Origin: Bacteroidia bacterium
GTDB taxonomy: Bacteria; Bacteroidota; Bacteroidia; NS11-12g; UBA9320
Direction of reading: 5' to 3'
Assembly (NCBI GenBank): GCA_965216465.1
Contig: CBDCFW010000006.1
Span: forward strand, 1,088,001-1,152,000
DNA length: 64,000 nucleotides
The position numbers were made by a program, and so were the translations under genes. Of this stretch, positions 1-8,772 are shown piece by piece (the stretch's first letter is position 1; every line of letters starts with the position of its first letter). A model generated the notes under the pieces. It had not been told where the DNA came from, made no database searches, and saw nothing but the letters and a program-made list of their open reading frames with translations.

Positions 1-15
1 GAGTATCCTTGGTCC

Positions 16-45
16 GACGCCACCTAACGGTGGCGTTTCTTTTTT
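16..45 (+). terminator. Rho-independent terminator of a gene upstream of the window
   Basis: Perfect 8-bp stem ACGCCACC/GGTGGCGT (17-24, 29-36), TAAC loop, followed by TTCTTTTTT. Confidence 0.8.
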
Positions 46-208
46 AACGAGCTTATAACGAGCGTGTTGCGGCTACCTTGAGATTAATGAAACTCTATGA
101 AATGCTATTCGGTTTGAGGTGTAGCCGAATAAATCACCATTAGGATTAATAATTTTTAAGAAAAGTTCAATGATTTGATTATGGCGTGTCGTGCCAACAA
201 TTAGCTTG

Positions 209-568
209 TTAGTTAATATCCCAAAACTGATAAAGTTTGTTGATCATAAAACTTTCGTCTTCGTCAACCGACTCATCAGCACGAACCAACTTTAAAGCAA
301 AATCTAAGAAATCTATGCGTTCTTGTTCAGTAGAGTCGGCATAAAAGTCTTCGGCACATTTTTGCAATAACAAAGGATAGTCTTCTTCAGGTGTGGTACT
401 CATAACTTCAAGCGCCGATTCGAAGTTGCCACCTAATGGGAAACTGTTTTGAATGTAGTCTACGATAATTTTTCCTTCTCGTGCATCAAAATCACCATCA
501 ACGGCAGCCAAAATGCTCAGAATCAGGTATCCTGCTATGTCCTTGTTTTTTCTAGTTGTTGTAGCCAT
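209..568 (-). CDS. TerB-family (tellurite resistance/co-chaperone-like) protein
   Basis: AAVDGDFDARE and LVRADESVDEDE repeated metal-binding motifs typical of the TerB fold. Confidence 0.7.
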   Translation of the reverse strand: MATTTRKNKDIAGYLILSILAAVDGDFDAREGKIIVDYIQNSFPLGGNFESALEVMSTTPEEDYPLLLQKCAEDFYADSTEQERIDFLDFALKLVRADESVDEDESFMINKLYQFWDIN

Positions 569-600
569 TGTGAATGCAATTTAATCTATTTTTGACGGGT

Positions 601-1209
601 ATGAAAAGATTAGCTTCAATAATTTTTTGTTTTATAATCGTTTCAATTTGTGAAGCTCAAAACTTTGATGCATCCTTGATTTTAGGAGCGAATTTCAGTC
701 AAATTGATGGAGATCAATTTGCTGGATACAATAAGCTAGGTTTAAATACGGGAATTGAGATCAGTAGGGAGGTAAATGAAGAATGGGATGCGGCCTTTGA
801 GCTTATGTACAGCATGAAAGGAAGCAAAAAGGTTATTGATCCTGATGTTTTTGAGCCTACGTTGAAAATTAGCTATCATTATGTAGAAGTACCTCTTTTA
901 GCAAAATACAAAGGGTTCAAAAAGATTGAGTTACTAGGAGGGGTTTCATTAGGCGTTAATGTATTTAATGAACGTGATGACAACGGTATTATAACAGAGG
1001 AAGATGAACTCAATAGAACTGAAGTTGCTTTGGTTTTAGGTGGAGGGTACTACATCTCAGATAATGTAGCTTTAGAACTTCGCCATGGATATTCTTTACT
1101 TTCAGTGCGTGATTTTCCTATTGTTGTTAATAGTCCGACCTGGTTTGGTCGAGCAGGCTGGTATAATCGTTTGTTTACAGTAGGTGTGAGGTACGATCTA
1201 GGTAGTTAG
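601..1209 (+). CDS. Outer-membrane beta-barrel (porin family/PorT-like) protein
   Basis: Signal peptide from ATG 601 (MKRLASII...), preceded by TATTTTTG; YVEVPLL motif, alternating beta strands, terminal VGVRYDL. Confidence 0.75.
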   Translation: MKRLASIIFCFIIVSICEAQNFDASLILGANFSQIDGDQFAGYNKLGLNTGIEISREVNEEWDAAFELMYSMKGSKKVIDPDVFEPTLKISYHYVEVPLLAKYKGFKKIELLGGVSLGVNVFNERDDNGIITEEDELNRTEVALVLGGGYYISDNVALELRHGYSLLSVRDFPIVVNSPTWFGRAGWYNRLFTVGVRYDLGS

Positions 1210-1232
1210 TTGTCTGTAAAAGTGATTTCAGA

Positions 1233-2216
1233 TTGAATTATATTGGTTCAAAACAACGCCTTATTCCTTATATCGGTAGAACGATTAAAACCTTTGTAGA
1301 GGGAGAGCTTAGTGACATGGTTTTCTGCGATTTGTTTGCAGGAACGGGCATAGTTGGCAACTATTTTAAATCAAGAACCAAACAAATAATCTCAAATGAT
1401 CTAGAGTTTTATAGCTATGTACTGAACCGGCATGCAATTGGCAACACCGAAAGTTTAGAGGTTAAAGAGCTACTAAGAGAACTTAATGCTACAGAAGGAG
1501 TTAAAGGTTTTGTCTACTCAAACTACTGCAGGGGTGGCGGTACTGATCGAAATTACTTTACAGACAGCAATGGAATGAAGATTGACGCCTGTAGAGTCAA
1601 GATAGAAGAATGGAAACAAGAAGACTGGATTAATGATGATCAATATTTTTATTTACTTGCTTCGCTTATTCATGCGGCAGATAAAGTAGCCAATACAGCA
1701 TCGGTGTATGGGGCGTACTTGAAGTCGATTAAGTACACCGCTGGATTTGATTTGGAGTTGAAACCTGTTAAATACAAGAAGACACATCAGAACAACTTGG
1801 TTTACCAAGAGGATGCCAATGAACTTCTGCCCAAATTAGAAGGGGATATTCTTTACCTCGACCCTCCCTACAACACCCGACAATACGGTTCAAATTATCA
1901 CATGCTCAATACTATTGCAAAGTACGATGGCTTTGAACCCTTTGGTAAAACGGGTTTACCACCTTACAACAAGTCCGATTATTGTAGTCGCAAAAGAGTG
2001 AAAAAAACGTTTAGTGACCTCTTTAAAGTGGTGAATTTTGAGTACATTTTTTTGAGTTACAACAACGAAGGCTTGTTAACCAAAGAATACATTTTAGAAA
2101 CATTATCTCGCCATGGTGATGTAAGGCTAAAGACTAAAAAGTACAAACGTTTTCTAGCCGAGAAGTCAAAACCAATGGAGAACATCCAAGAGTATTTGTT
2201 TTGTGTACGGAAATAG
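1233..2216 (+). CDS. N6-adenine DNA methyltransferase (D12/Dam/FokI-like class), apparently orphan
   Basis: MNYIGSK start, DLFAGTG SAM-binding motif, LYLDPPY catalytic motif, FLSYNNEG; TTG start. Confidence 0.9.
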   Translation: MNYIGSKQRLIPYIGRTIKTFVEGELSDMVFCDLFAGTGIVGNYFKSRTKQIISNDLEFYSYVLNRHAIGNTESLEVKELLRELNATEGVKGFVYSNYCRGGGTDRNYFTDSNGMKIDACRVKIEEWKQEDWINDDQYFYLLASLIHAADKVANTASVYGAYLKSIKYTAGFDLELKPVKYKKTHQNNLVYQEDANELLPKLEGDILYLDPPYNTRQYGSNYHMLNTIAKYDGFEPFGKTGLPPYNKSDYCSRKRVKKTFSDLFKVVNFEYIFLSYNNEGLLTKEYILETLSRHGDVRLKTKKYKRFLAEKSKPMENIQEYLFCVRK

Positions 2217-2357
2217 CTTCAAGGGCTTGGTCAGAGACCCTGAGCGTAATTCTAGTTATCGCGTTGCTCAAATTTCTCGTTATTTTTCTCACGAATTCGT
2301 CTCCGAATTAAGTAGATAATTAGAATCAAACAGACAAGGTAGAAAAGTCCTTGAAGT
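2216..2357 (+). ncRNA. Putative structured non-coding RNA or miniature inverted-repeat element
   Basis: Two nested 12-bp helices (2217-2228/2345-2356 and 2249-2260/2315-2326), each with a single G-U pair on the + strand, plus hairpin AATTCG-TCTC-CGAATT; lies between convergent genes. Confidence 0.4.
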
Positions 2358-2385
2358 CCAATAAAAAAGATGTGTACGTTGTCTA

Positions 2386-2700
2386 TCATTTCAATTTAAC
2401 TGCAGTACCATACGCCAAAATTTCAGCTGCACCTTGCATCACCATCGAGGTGGTTAAACGAACATTGACAATGGCGTCTGCACCCATCTTAGTAGCATCT
2501 TCTTGCATGCGATAGAGTGCCTGTTCACGAGATTGAGCTTGCAACTGTGTGTATTCATTGATTTCGCCACCAACAATGTTCTTGAGTCCAGCAAAAATGT
2601 CTCGTCCTACGTGGCGAGCACGTACGGTACTCCCTCTTGCAATTCCGAGTACAGTTTCAATTTCATGATTAGGAATGGTTTCAGTTGTGGTAATTATCAT
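2386..2700 (-). CDS. YbjQ/UPF0145 family protein
   Basis: MIITTTETIP...GLKNIVGGEI..YT...GADAIVNVR...AYGTAVK signature. Confidence 0.92.
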   Translation of the reverse strand: MIITTTETIPNHEIETVLGIARGSTVRARHVGRDIFAGLKNIVGGEINEYTQLQAQSREQALYRMQEDATKMGADAIVNVRLTTSMVMQGAAEILAYGTAVKLK

Positions 2701-2772
2701 ATGCTTCCAAGATACAACATAAAACTACGCAAACCAATAAGCATCGCTCAATGTAAATGAAAAGTCGTCGGA

Positions 2773-3651
2773 CTAGATTACTGCAACTTTTTCTCTTCGA
2801 TGGGGATGTTTATCTAACAGTTCTGTAGCTACAATCGGGTTGATGATAAAGTTGTTCAGTATCATGTAGCCTTGCTCATTAGATTTTTCATCAAGCCTAA
2901 TTTTTTCAATTGACAGGTAGGCCTGTTCTTCCCCTTTTGCGTGAAAGATGTGTATTCTTGAAAATTGAAAAGCTTTTCCTGGTCCTAAATTCTCGATTGT
3001 AGATATCACGTCTTCTTGCAAGTTTTGAATCAGTTTTGTTACACCACCTATGTATTCAAAATGATAGTCAATTGTGTACTTCGGGAACCATTTATTTAAA
3101 ACTTCTGAGAATGGATAAACTTCAGTTTTGTGGATGGCAACAATTGGCAGTCCAACAAGAATTATGAACTCAATAAGCCAGATTGCTGTAAGTGCAAATC
3201 CATTTAAAGGGACTTCTCCAATTCCCCATAAACCAACCTCGTTAATTTGAAGTGCTACCTCCAGAATAACACGCGGATCTAGAATATAAGGCATTTGGGC
3301 AAAGTATTCTCCAGGCGTAGGAACGGCCAGTTCAAATGCGTACAGAATATACACGCTCCATTGAAAGTAGAAAGCCATTAACCCGATAAAGAGAGCGATA
3401 ACATATTGGCTCTTTTTATTTCGATTCTTTGATAGTCGCGTGGCTAAACGTGCTAGCAATCCAAGTCCTAAACCAAAACCTACACACAGCACCACAGTGA
3501 GATAAATAATTGGATTTATAGCGACAGCGACTGCATATATGTAACCTAAAACTAGCGTTAGTGTTAAACATATACTTAGTGTAACCAGTAAATTGAGAAA
3601 ATTGATTGACTGAGATTCTTGGTAGAAAAGCTCAGGATTATGCTTTCTCAT
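2773..3651 (-). CDS. Hypothetical membrane protein
   Basis: About 4 hydrophobic segments followed by a soluble C-terminal region; tightly linked to 3655-4266. Confidence 0.7.
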   Translation of the reverse strand: MRKHNPELFYQESQSINFLNLLVTLSICLTLTLVLGYIYAVAVAINPIIYLTVVLCVGFGLGLGLLARLATRLSKNRNKKSQYVIALFIGLMAFYFQWSVYILYAFELAVPTPGEYFAQMPYILDPRVILEVALQINEVGLWGIGEVPLNGFALTAIWLIEFIILVGLPIVAIHKTEVYPFSEVLNKWFPKYTIDYHFEYIGGVTKLIQNLQEDVISTIENLGPGKAFQFSRIHIFHAKGEEQAYLSIEKIRLDEKSNEQGYMILNNFIINPIVATELLDKHPHRREKVAVI

Positions 3652-3654
3652 AAT

Positions 3655-4266
3655 TTATTCTTCTCTTAACACCTTAAAAATTGTCTTTTCTTCAATCATA
3701 GAAAGCAAATCAGCTTTCGCAAAGGCGTAGATTGATGTATCTGAATAGTTTTCAGGTCCGAGAAGCTGGTCCATTCCTGATTTTCGGTCAACAACGTATT
3801 CATTCAACATTACATAGGTGCTATCTTCTTGTTCACCAAGAACGAGCATGGTTGAGAAAGTCCCATCTTCAACTTCATATTCGTAAACATCACCTTCGAT
3901 AGGAGTTTCCACCATAGACTTGTATTCTTGTTTGTTATAAATACCCATAACTCCAGAAACGGCTAAACCTATCACCACAAGTCCAACTCCAATATATTGC
4001 CAGAATGGTCGCTTGGCTTCTTTTTTTAATGCCGTGTATTCCTGTTTCAGTTCAAGAGTCATGTCTTTCTTTTCAAATGCATGTTCACATTTTTCACATA
4101 CTGCAATACCTCCTTTTTTATAAGGAAAAAGAGGAATCCAAAATATGTGGGCGTGATTGCTATGAAAGGCAAAAGTTATACAATCCGTTTCTCCGCAATT
4201 GGGGCATATTGCAGTTTCTGAATGGACGTTTTCTAAGTTCGCAGTTCCCCAGCCATAAATAATCAT
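3655..4266 (-). CDS. Zinc-ribbon domain membrane protein
   Basis: MIIYGW, CPNC...HIFWIPLFP...CEKC motif, one TM helix. Confidence 0.8.
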   Translation of the reverse strand: MIIYGWGTANLENVHSETAICPNCGETDCITFAFHSNHAHIFWIPLFPYKKGGIAVCEKCEHAFEKKDMTLELKQEYTALKKEAKRPFWQYIGVGLVVIGLAVSGVMGIYNKQEYKSMVETPIEGDVYEYEVEDGTFSTMLVLGEQEDSTYVMLNEYVVDRKSGMDQLLGPENYSDTSIYAFAKADLLSMIEEKTIFKVLREE

Positions 4267-4287
4267 AGGTCGCTAATATAGTCTAGA

Positions 4288-5370
4288 CTATTGAATAATC
4301 TCATTCATTTTTTCCCATATGTCGTTGAGGAATAATATGGGAACCAACGCATTATCAGGATTTTCACCCATTCTCACCAAAACCAAATCCATAGAGGGCA
4401 CAACGCAAACGTACTGTCCATTCTTGCCCATGCCGGCAAACATGTCGGCAGGAGCATTTGGGGTGTTGCTGCCAGGAAATTCTATTTGAGACCCTGGCAA
4501 CATAAACGATGAAGATCCATTTAACCACCACAGATAGCCATATGCTTTATTGATTTCTTGCGATCGATTTGTCATATCATGCCAAAAATCTTGAGGAATT
4601 ATTTGGTCATTCTCCCATTTCCCTTCATTCAAAATCAAATATCCGAAGCGAGCCATCGAGCGAGCTGTGCTGAAGTATACATGGTTATCGCCCAACCAAA
4701 GCCAATAACCATTCATCCCGATTTTATTTCGAAGCTTGTCGTTAAAATAGGTTTCGAATTCAAGTTCAACAGCAGATTCTACTACTGTATCAAGAAGGGT
4801 GTATGGAGCATTATGGTAGGCCCATCGTGTTCCTGCATCTGCTTTGTAAGTCAGGTTAGAAGGTTCGGTGTTGTCTGAATTAAATCCTGCATCATCCAAT
4901 CCAGATGTCATGGTTAACTGATGCCAAATCGTAATCTTATCCTCCTGTTCTGTGGTAAGTGATGTCCAGTTGCCTAAATGGTCCGAAGTCTGGTCTGTTA
5001 TGTGCAGATAGCCTTCTTCTTGAGCAATGCCGACCATACTTGCAGTAAGGGTCTTGCCAGCTGAAGCCCAGTACCAGTCAGATTTTTCGTTAAAGTTGTT
5101 AGTGTTTAATAATCCTTTACCCCAATATTTTTCCATTACAATCTTACCTTCCTTAATTACCATAAAGGCACGCGTGCCATTGGTCTCAAGTAGATTGTTT
5201 AAATCTTCAATTTTATCAGTGTTCCAACCCAGTTCAGATGCGCTTGTTGTGGTCCAATCGGTGGATCCAATCGGTGGGAAATAGGTTGAAGATGGATTCG
5301 GTTGTTCAGGCTCGTCGTCTTTACACCCAAAGATGAATACCAGAAGTATTAAGGGGAGTAGTTTTTTCAT
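4288..5370 (-). CDS. Serine hydrolase, beta-lactamase/AmpC-like family, lipoprotein
   Basis: Lipobox FGC, SAGK (SxxK), YHN, LLTMTSG-like HQLTMTSGL, YGYLWW, GKNGQ. Confidence 0.88.
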   Translation of the reverse strand: MKKLLPLILLVFIFGCKDDEPEQPNPSSTYFPPIGSTDWTTTSASELGWNTDKIEDLNNLLETNGTRAFMVIKEGKIVMEKYWGKGLLNTNNFNEKSDWYWASAGKTLTASMVGIAQEEGYLHITDQTSDHLGNWTSLTTEQEDKITIWHQLTMTSGLDDAGFNSDNTEPSNLTYKADAGTRWAYHNAPYTLLDTVVESAVELEFETYFNDKLRNKIGMNGYWLWLGDNHVYFSTARSMARFGYLILNEGKWENDQIIPQDFWHDMTNRSQEINKAYGYLWWLNGSSSFMLPGSQIEFPGSNTPNAPADMFAGMGKNGQYVCVVPSMDLVLVRMGENPDNALVPILFLNDIWEKMNEIIQ

Positions 5371-5409
5371 GGACGTAGTATTAGTTCGCCCAAAGATAAC
5401 TGATTTGGT

Positions 5410-6237
5410 TTAAAGAGAACCGCTTTTAATATGGAGATCGCGTTGTGGGAACGGAATATGAACGTTATTTTCTCTGAATGCCTGATCTATCATAAATCGA
5501 AGGTCACTTTGTACTTGTTCAATAGGGAATAAATGATTCGACCAAAAAGCAAGCTCGAAATCTAAACTAGAATCACCAAACTCCTTAAAGAATACAATAG
5601 GAGCAGGGTTGGTTACGACCTTATTGTGTTTCCATGCACATTCAAGGAGTAGTTTCTTAATTAATTCAACATCTGAACCATAAGCGGCACTTACTTCAAC
5701 TTTGAAACGTGTAACAATATCACTATTGCTCCAGTTTATGAGTTTTTCACTCACCAGTTTGTGGTTAGGTATAATCATCGAAACTCCATCGCGTGATTCA
5801 ACTTTAGAAGTTCTTAAACCAATTTCTTTCACCTTGGCTACGATGCTATCAACCTCTACAATGTCGTTAACACGAATAGTTGGTTCGATAAGTAGGATGA
5901 TGCCAGATACAATATCATTGGCCACTTGTTGTAAACCAAGACCAACACCAAGTAGTAAGGGAGCTAAAACTGCAAAGATTTTCCAGTTTACGTGCAGTGA
6001 AATTAACGTAATAACGATAAAGAGTACAATCGACAGGTAGCGAACGATGCGTGTAACTGCATAGGCTCTTCCTGGATCGATTCGGCCATTTCTAACAGCG
6101 AGATTTGTTATTCTCTTAACCCATCTGTAACTAAACCAGATTACAGCAAATGCGAGAGCAATGTAAAATATGCTGACTACCTTCACTACTGCGTCTTCTC
6201 CAAAACGTAATATTTCGTAATCTAAAATATCTCTCAT
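5410..6237 (-). CDS. mscS: Small-conductance mechanosensitive channel
   Basis: GLGLQQVANDIVSG, IGLRTS, IIPN, IPFPQRDLH motifs. Confidence 0.9.
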   Translation of the reverse strand: MRDILDYEILRFGEDAVVKVVSIFYIALAFAVIWFSYRWVKRITNLAVRNGRIDPGRAYAVTRIVRYLSIVLFIVITLISLHVNWKIFAVLAPLLLGVGLGLQQVANDIVSGIILLIEPTIRVNDIVEVDSIVAKVKEIGLRTSKVESRDGVSMIIPNHKLVSEKLINWSNSDIVTRFKVEVSAAYGSDVELIKKLLLECAWKHNKVVTNPAPIVFFKEFGDSSLDFELAFWSNHLFPIEQVQSDLRFMIDQAFRENNVHIPFPQRDLHIKSGSL

Positions 6238-6605
6238 TCTTCGATGGTGTTTGTTGTGTTATAAACTAGAGCAAAGAAACCATTATCTAATTTAAGATAC
6301 CCATAATCGTAGCAGAAAAAATAAGTTTTGTTGGCTTTTGTGGTATAGCTCGTTGTGAAATGACTGAAGCTAAAGCCGTGTAAAGAAAGCTCATTGTAAG
6401 TAACTTGGCTTTTCTGATTAGTCGTCGTTAATTGCCGTATAATGTCACGGTTCCTTTTTAAAACACGATTGACCGTTCGAATATAGTGATTGGATGCAGT
6501 GTAGCGTTTATTGTTGAATTCGTTTCGACAATGGCTGTTACAAAACTTTTTATCGCTTCTTCCATATAATTTGTTTTGGCAGGTTAAGCAATGTAGTTGC
6601 CCCAT
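6234..6605 (-). CDS. Bacteroidota conserved Zn-ribbon protein (DUF2116-like)
   Basis: CLTC...GRSDKKFC..HCRN.FNN and YFFCYDYGY motifs. Confidence 0.75.
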   Translation of the reverse strand: MGQLHCLTCQNKLYGRSDKKFCNSHCRNEFNNKRYTASNHYIRTVNRVLKRNRDIIRQLTTTNQKSQVTYNELSLHGFSFSHFTTSYTTKANKTYFFCYDYGYLKLDNGFFALVYNTTNTIEE

Positions 6606-6619
6606 TTAGCAAATCTAAC

Positions 6620-7681
6620 TCAAAACAAATTGAGCTGAATTTGCTGTGCTGATCGAAAGAGTTGCGTGTTATAATTGGGCAAAGGTTGGTTCAAGTGATA
6701 CTTTTTCTTTGCTAGCCTAACTTGCTGATTAATAGATTCTGCAAGCACACCTGTTCCGCTCATACGCTCTCCAAATGCTGAGTTGCCAAGTTTGCCACCT
6801 TGTGCCTCAGCGATGAGGTTTAAGACCCGGTTAGCTTTTAAAGGCATTTGTTTTTGAATCCAATCTTCAAATAATAAAGCAATAGCTCCGTTTAAGCGAA
6901 CCATGGTATGGCCCAATGAGGTGCAACCTGTTTGGGCAATAGCTTCTGCCAACTCAAATATTTCATCACTATTAAGGCCTGGAATGATAGGAGCCATCAT
7001 TACACTTGTTGGAATTTTATTGTCAATCAAAGTTTTGACCGTTTTTAATCGGTTGTGAGTTGATGAAGTGCGAGGCTCTAACAGTCTTCTAAGCTTTTCG
7101 TCAAGCGTAGTAATAGAAACGTGAATATGAACGAGGTCTTCTTTTGCTAACTCAGAGAGAATATCAAGGTCGCGACAAACCAATGAATTTTTGGTTATGA
7201 TGCCAACGGGATGTTTGTGTTTTAAACATATTTCAAGCAGTTTGCGTGTTAACTTAAATGTTCTTTCTGCTGGCTGATAACAATCTGTATTTCCGCTTAA
7301 CATTATTGGAGTGGCCTTCCAGTTTTTACCTGAGAGCTTTTTGTCAAGCAAGTCTGCAGCATTTTCCTTGATCATAATCTCACGCTCAAAATCTTTTCCA
7401 GCGCTATACCCCCAATACTCATGCGTAATTCGTGCATAGCAATACACGCAGCCGTGCTCGCAACCCTGGTAGGGATTCATGCTCCAATCTGCAGGAACAT
7501 CTGGACTATCAACCTTGTTCAAGATCGTTTTTGGATGAATCTTGGTAAAGTTGGTTTGGTTGTTTTCACTCAATACATCGGGGTCAAAATTTGCATCATC
7601 CCAAAACACCTCTCGCGTGTGTTTAAGAAACTTATTATGTGTGTTGATTTGAGCTCCCCGTCCTTTTATAGTTTCAATCAT
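6620..7681 (-). CDS. Radical SAM protein, PA0069/Rv2578c (SplB-like) family
   Basis: NPYQGCEHGCVYCYAR CxxxCxxC motif, SGNTDCYQPAE; likely start at MIETIKGRGA (7681). Confidence 0.9.
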   Translation of the reverse strand: MIETIKGRGAQINTHNKFLKHTREVFWDDANFDPDVLSENNQTNFTKIHPKTILNKVDSPDVPADWSMNPYQGCEHGCVYCYARITHEYWGYSAGKDFEREIMIKENAADLLDKKLSGKNWKATPIMLSGNTDCYQPAERTFKLTRKLLEICLKHKHPVGIITKNSLVCRDLDILSELAKEDLVHIHVSITTLDEKLRRLLEPRTSSTHNRLKTVKTLIDNKIPTSVMMAPIIPGLNSDEIFELAEAIAQTGCTSLGHTMVRLNGAIALLFEDWIQKQMPLKANRVLNLIAEAQGGKLGNSAFGERMSGTGVLAESINQQVRLAKKKYHLNQPLPNYNTQLFRSAQQIQLNLF

Positions 7682-7741
7682 TGGTAATATTATTATCAGA
7701 TGCCTTGAAAACAATATAACCAATTCGGGGTAGAAACCAAA

Positions 7742-8350
7742 CTATTTCTTCAGCAATCCCGCGTCTTTTAAAAAGTTTTTGAAGCCTTCTTTGGATGAAA
7801 TCATTTTTCTCAATTCACCCCAGAATGTAAGCTTTTGTTCAGTTGATTCTGGTTCGCTTTGAGAGTCAATGGTTTTAATGCCCAAAAGATCGTCGCTGTT
7901 TTTAAATCGCTCTCTTGCTTTGGCAGTATAACCTAATTTTTGTTCCGCAAGGCCTAAGTTGTTCAAGATTAGGGCATCGGTTGGATCTAATTCGTGGGCC
8001 TTTTGATAATCTTCGACAGAACCTTCCGTATCTCCAGTTTTGTCTTTGACATAGGCTCTTGAACTATAAAAATAGGGGTTGTTAGGATCTAACTCGACCG
8101 CTTTATCAAAGTCTTGCATTGCATGTTTAAAACGAAGATTAAACTTGCAAACACCTCGGTCATTGTAATAATAGCCGTTGCCAGGGTCTTGCGAAATGAG
8201 CGAATTCCAGAAGTTCATAGCTTCCTCCCATTTACCCAACTTTTGTAGAGCATAAGCAGTCAAACTTTGCGAATTTGCATCAGATTGGCCTTTGAGTGCA
8301 TCGATTACCTCTGAATACTTGCCAGCTTCAAATAATTCTTTTGGATCCAT
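7742..8350 (-). CDS. Tetratricopeptide repeat protein
   Basis: YYYNDRGVCK, AVELDPNNPYFYSSRA, LILNNLG TPR patterns. Confidence 0.85.
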   Translation of the reverse strand: MDPKELFEAGKYSEVIDALKGQSDANSQSLTAYALQKLGKWEEAMNFWNSLISQDPGNGYYYNDRGVCKFNLRFKHAMQDFDKAVELDPNNPYFYSSRAYVKDKTGDTEGSVEDYQKAHELDPTDALILNNLGLAEQKLGYTAKARERFKNSDDLLGIKTIDSQSEPESTEQKLTFWGELRKMISSKEGFKNFLKDAGLLKK

Positions 8351-8352
8351 TT

Positions 8353-8706
8353 CTAATTAAACAAATAAGGCCAGAAAATGATTATGGCCACCACGACTGC
8401 AAAGATACTTGCAATTAACACGGCACCTGCACTAATGTCTTTAATTAGTTTAATTTTAGGATGTACTTCTGTAGTCATGTAATCACATAAAAGTTCAATT
8501 GCTGTATTCAGCATTTCTGAAACAATAACCGCAGCAATTGCTGCAGCTATCCAAAGCCAATCGTTAGCATCTACATCAAAATAGAAGCCTGCAGTGATTG
8601 CAAGTGCGGCCGCAACAGCATGAATTCTAGCATTTGCTTCAGTCTTGAAAAAAGTAACAATCCCAGACCAAGCAAATCCAAATGCCTTAATGTAGTTTTT
8701 TACCAC
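8353..8706 (-). CDS. dgkA: Diacylglycerol/undecaprenol kinase (DgkA family)
   Basis: FGFAWSGI, NARIH, EMLNTAIE, KDISAGAVL motifs. Confidence 0.9.
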   Translation of the reverse strand: MVKNYIKAFGFAWSGIVTFFKTEANARIHAVAAALAITAGFYFDVDANDWLWIAAAIAAVIVSEMLNTAIELLCDYMTTEVHPKIKLIKDISAGAVLIASIFAVVVAIIIFWPYLFN

Positions 8707-8772
8707 GTTGTAAAGTTAGGCCTTTGTCTTGAAGTTCTGTGATTACTCCGACCAACTTACCATTTGTTTCAA

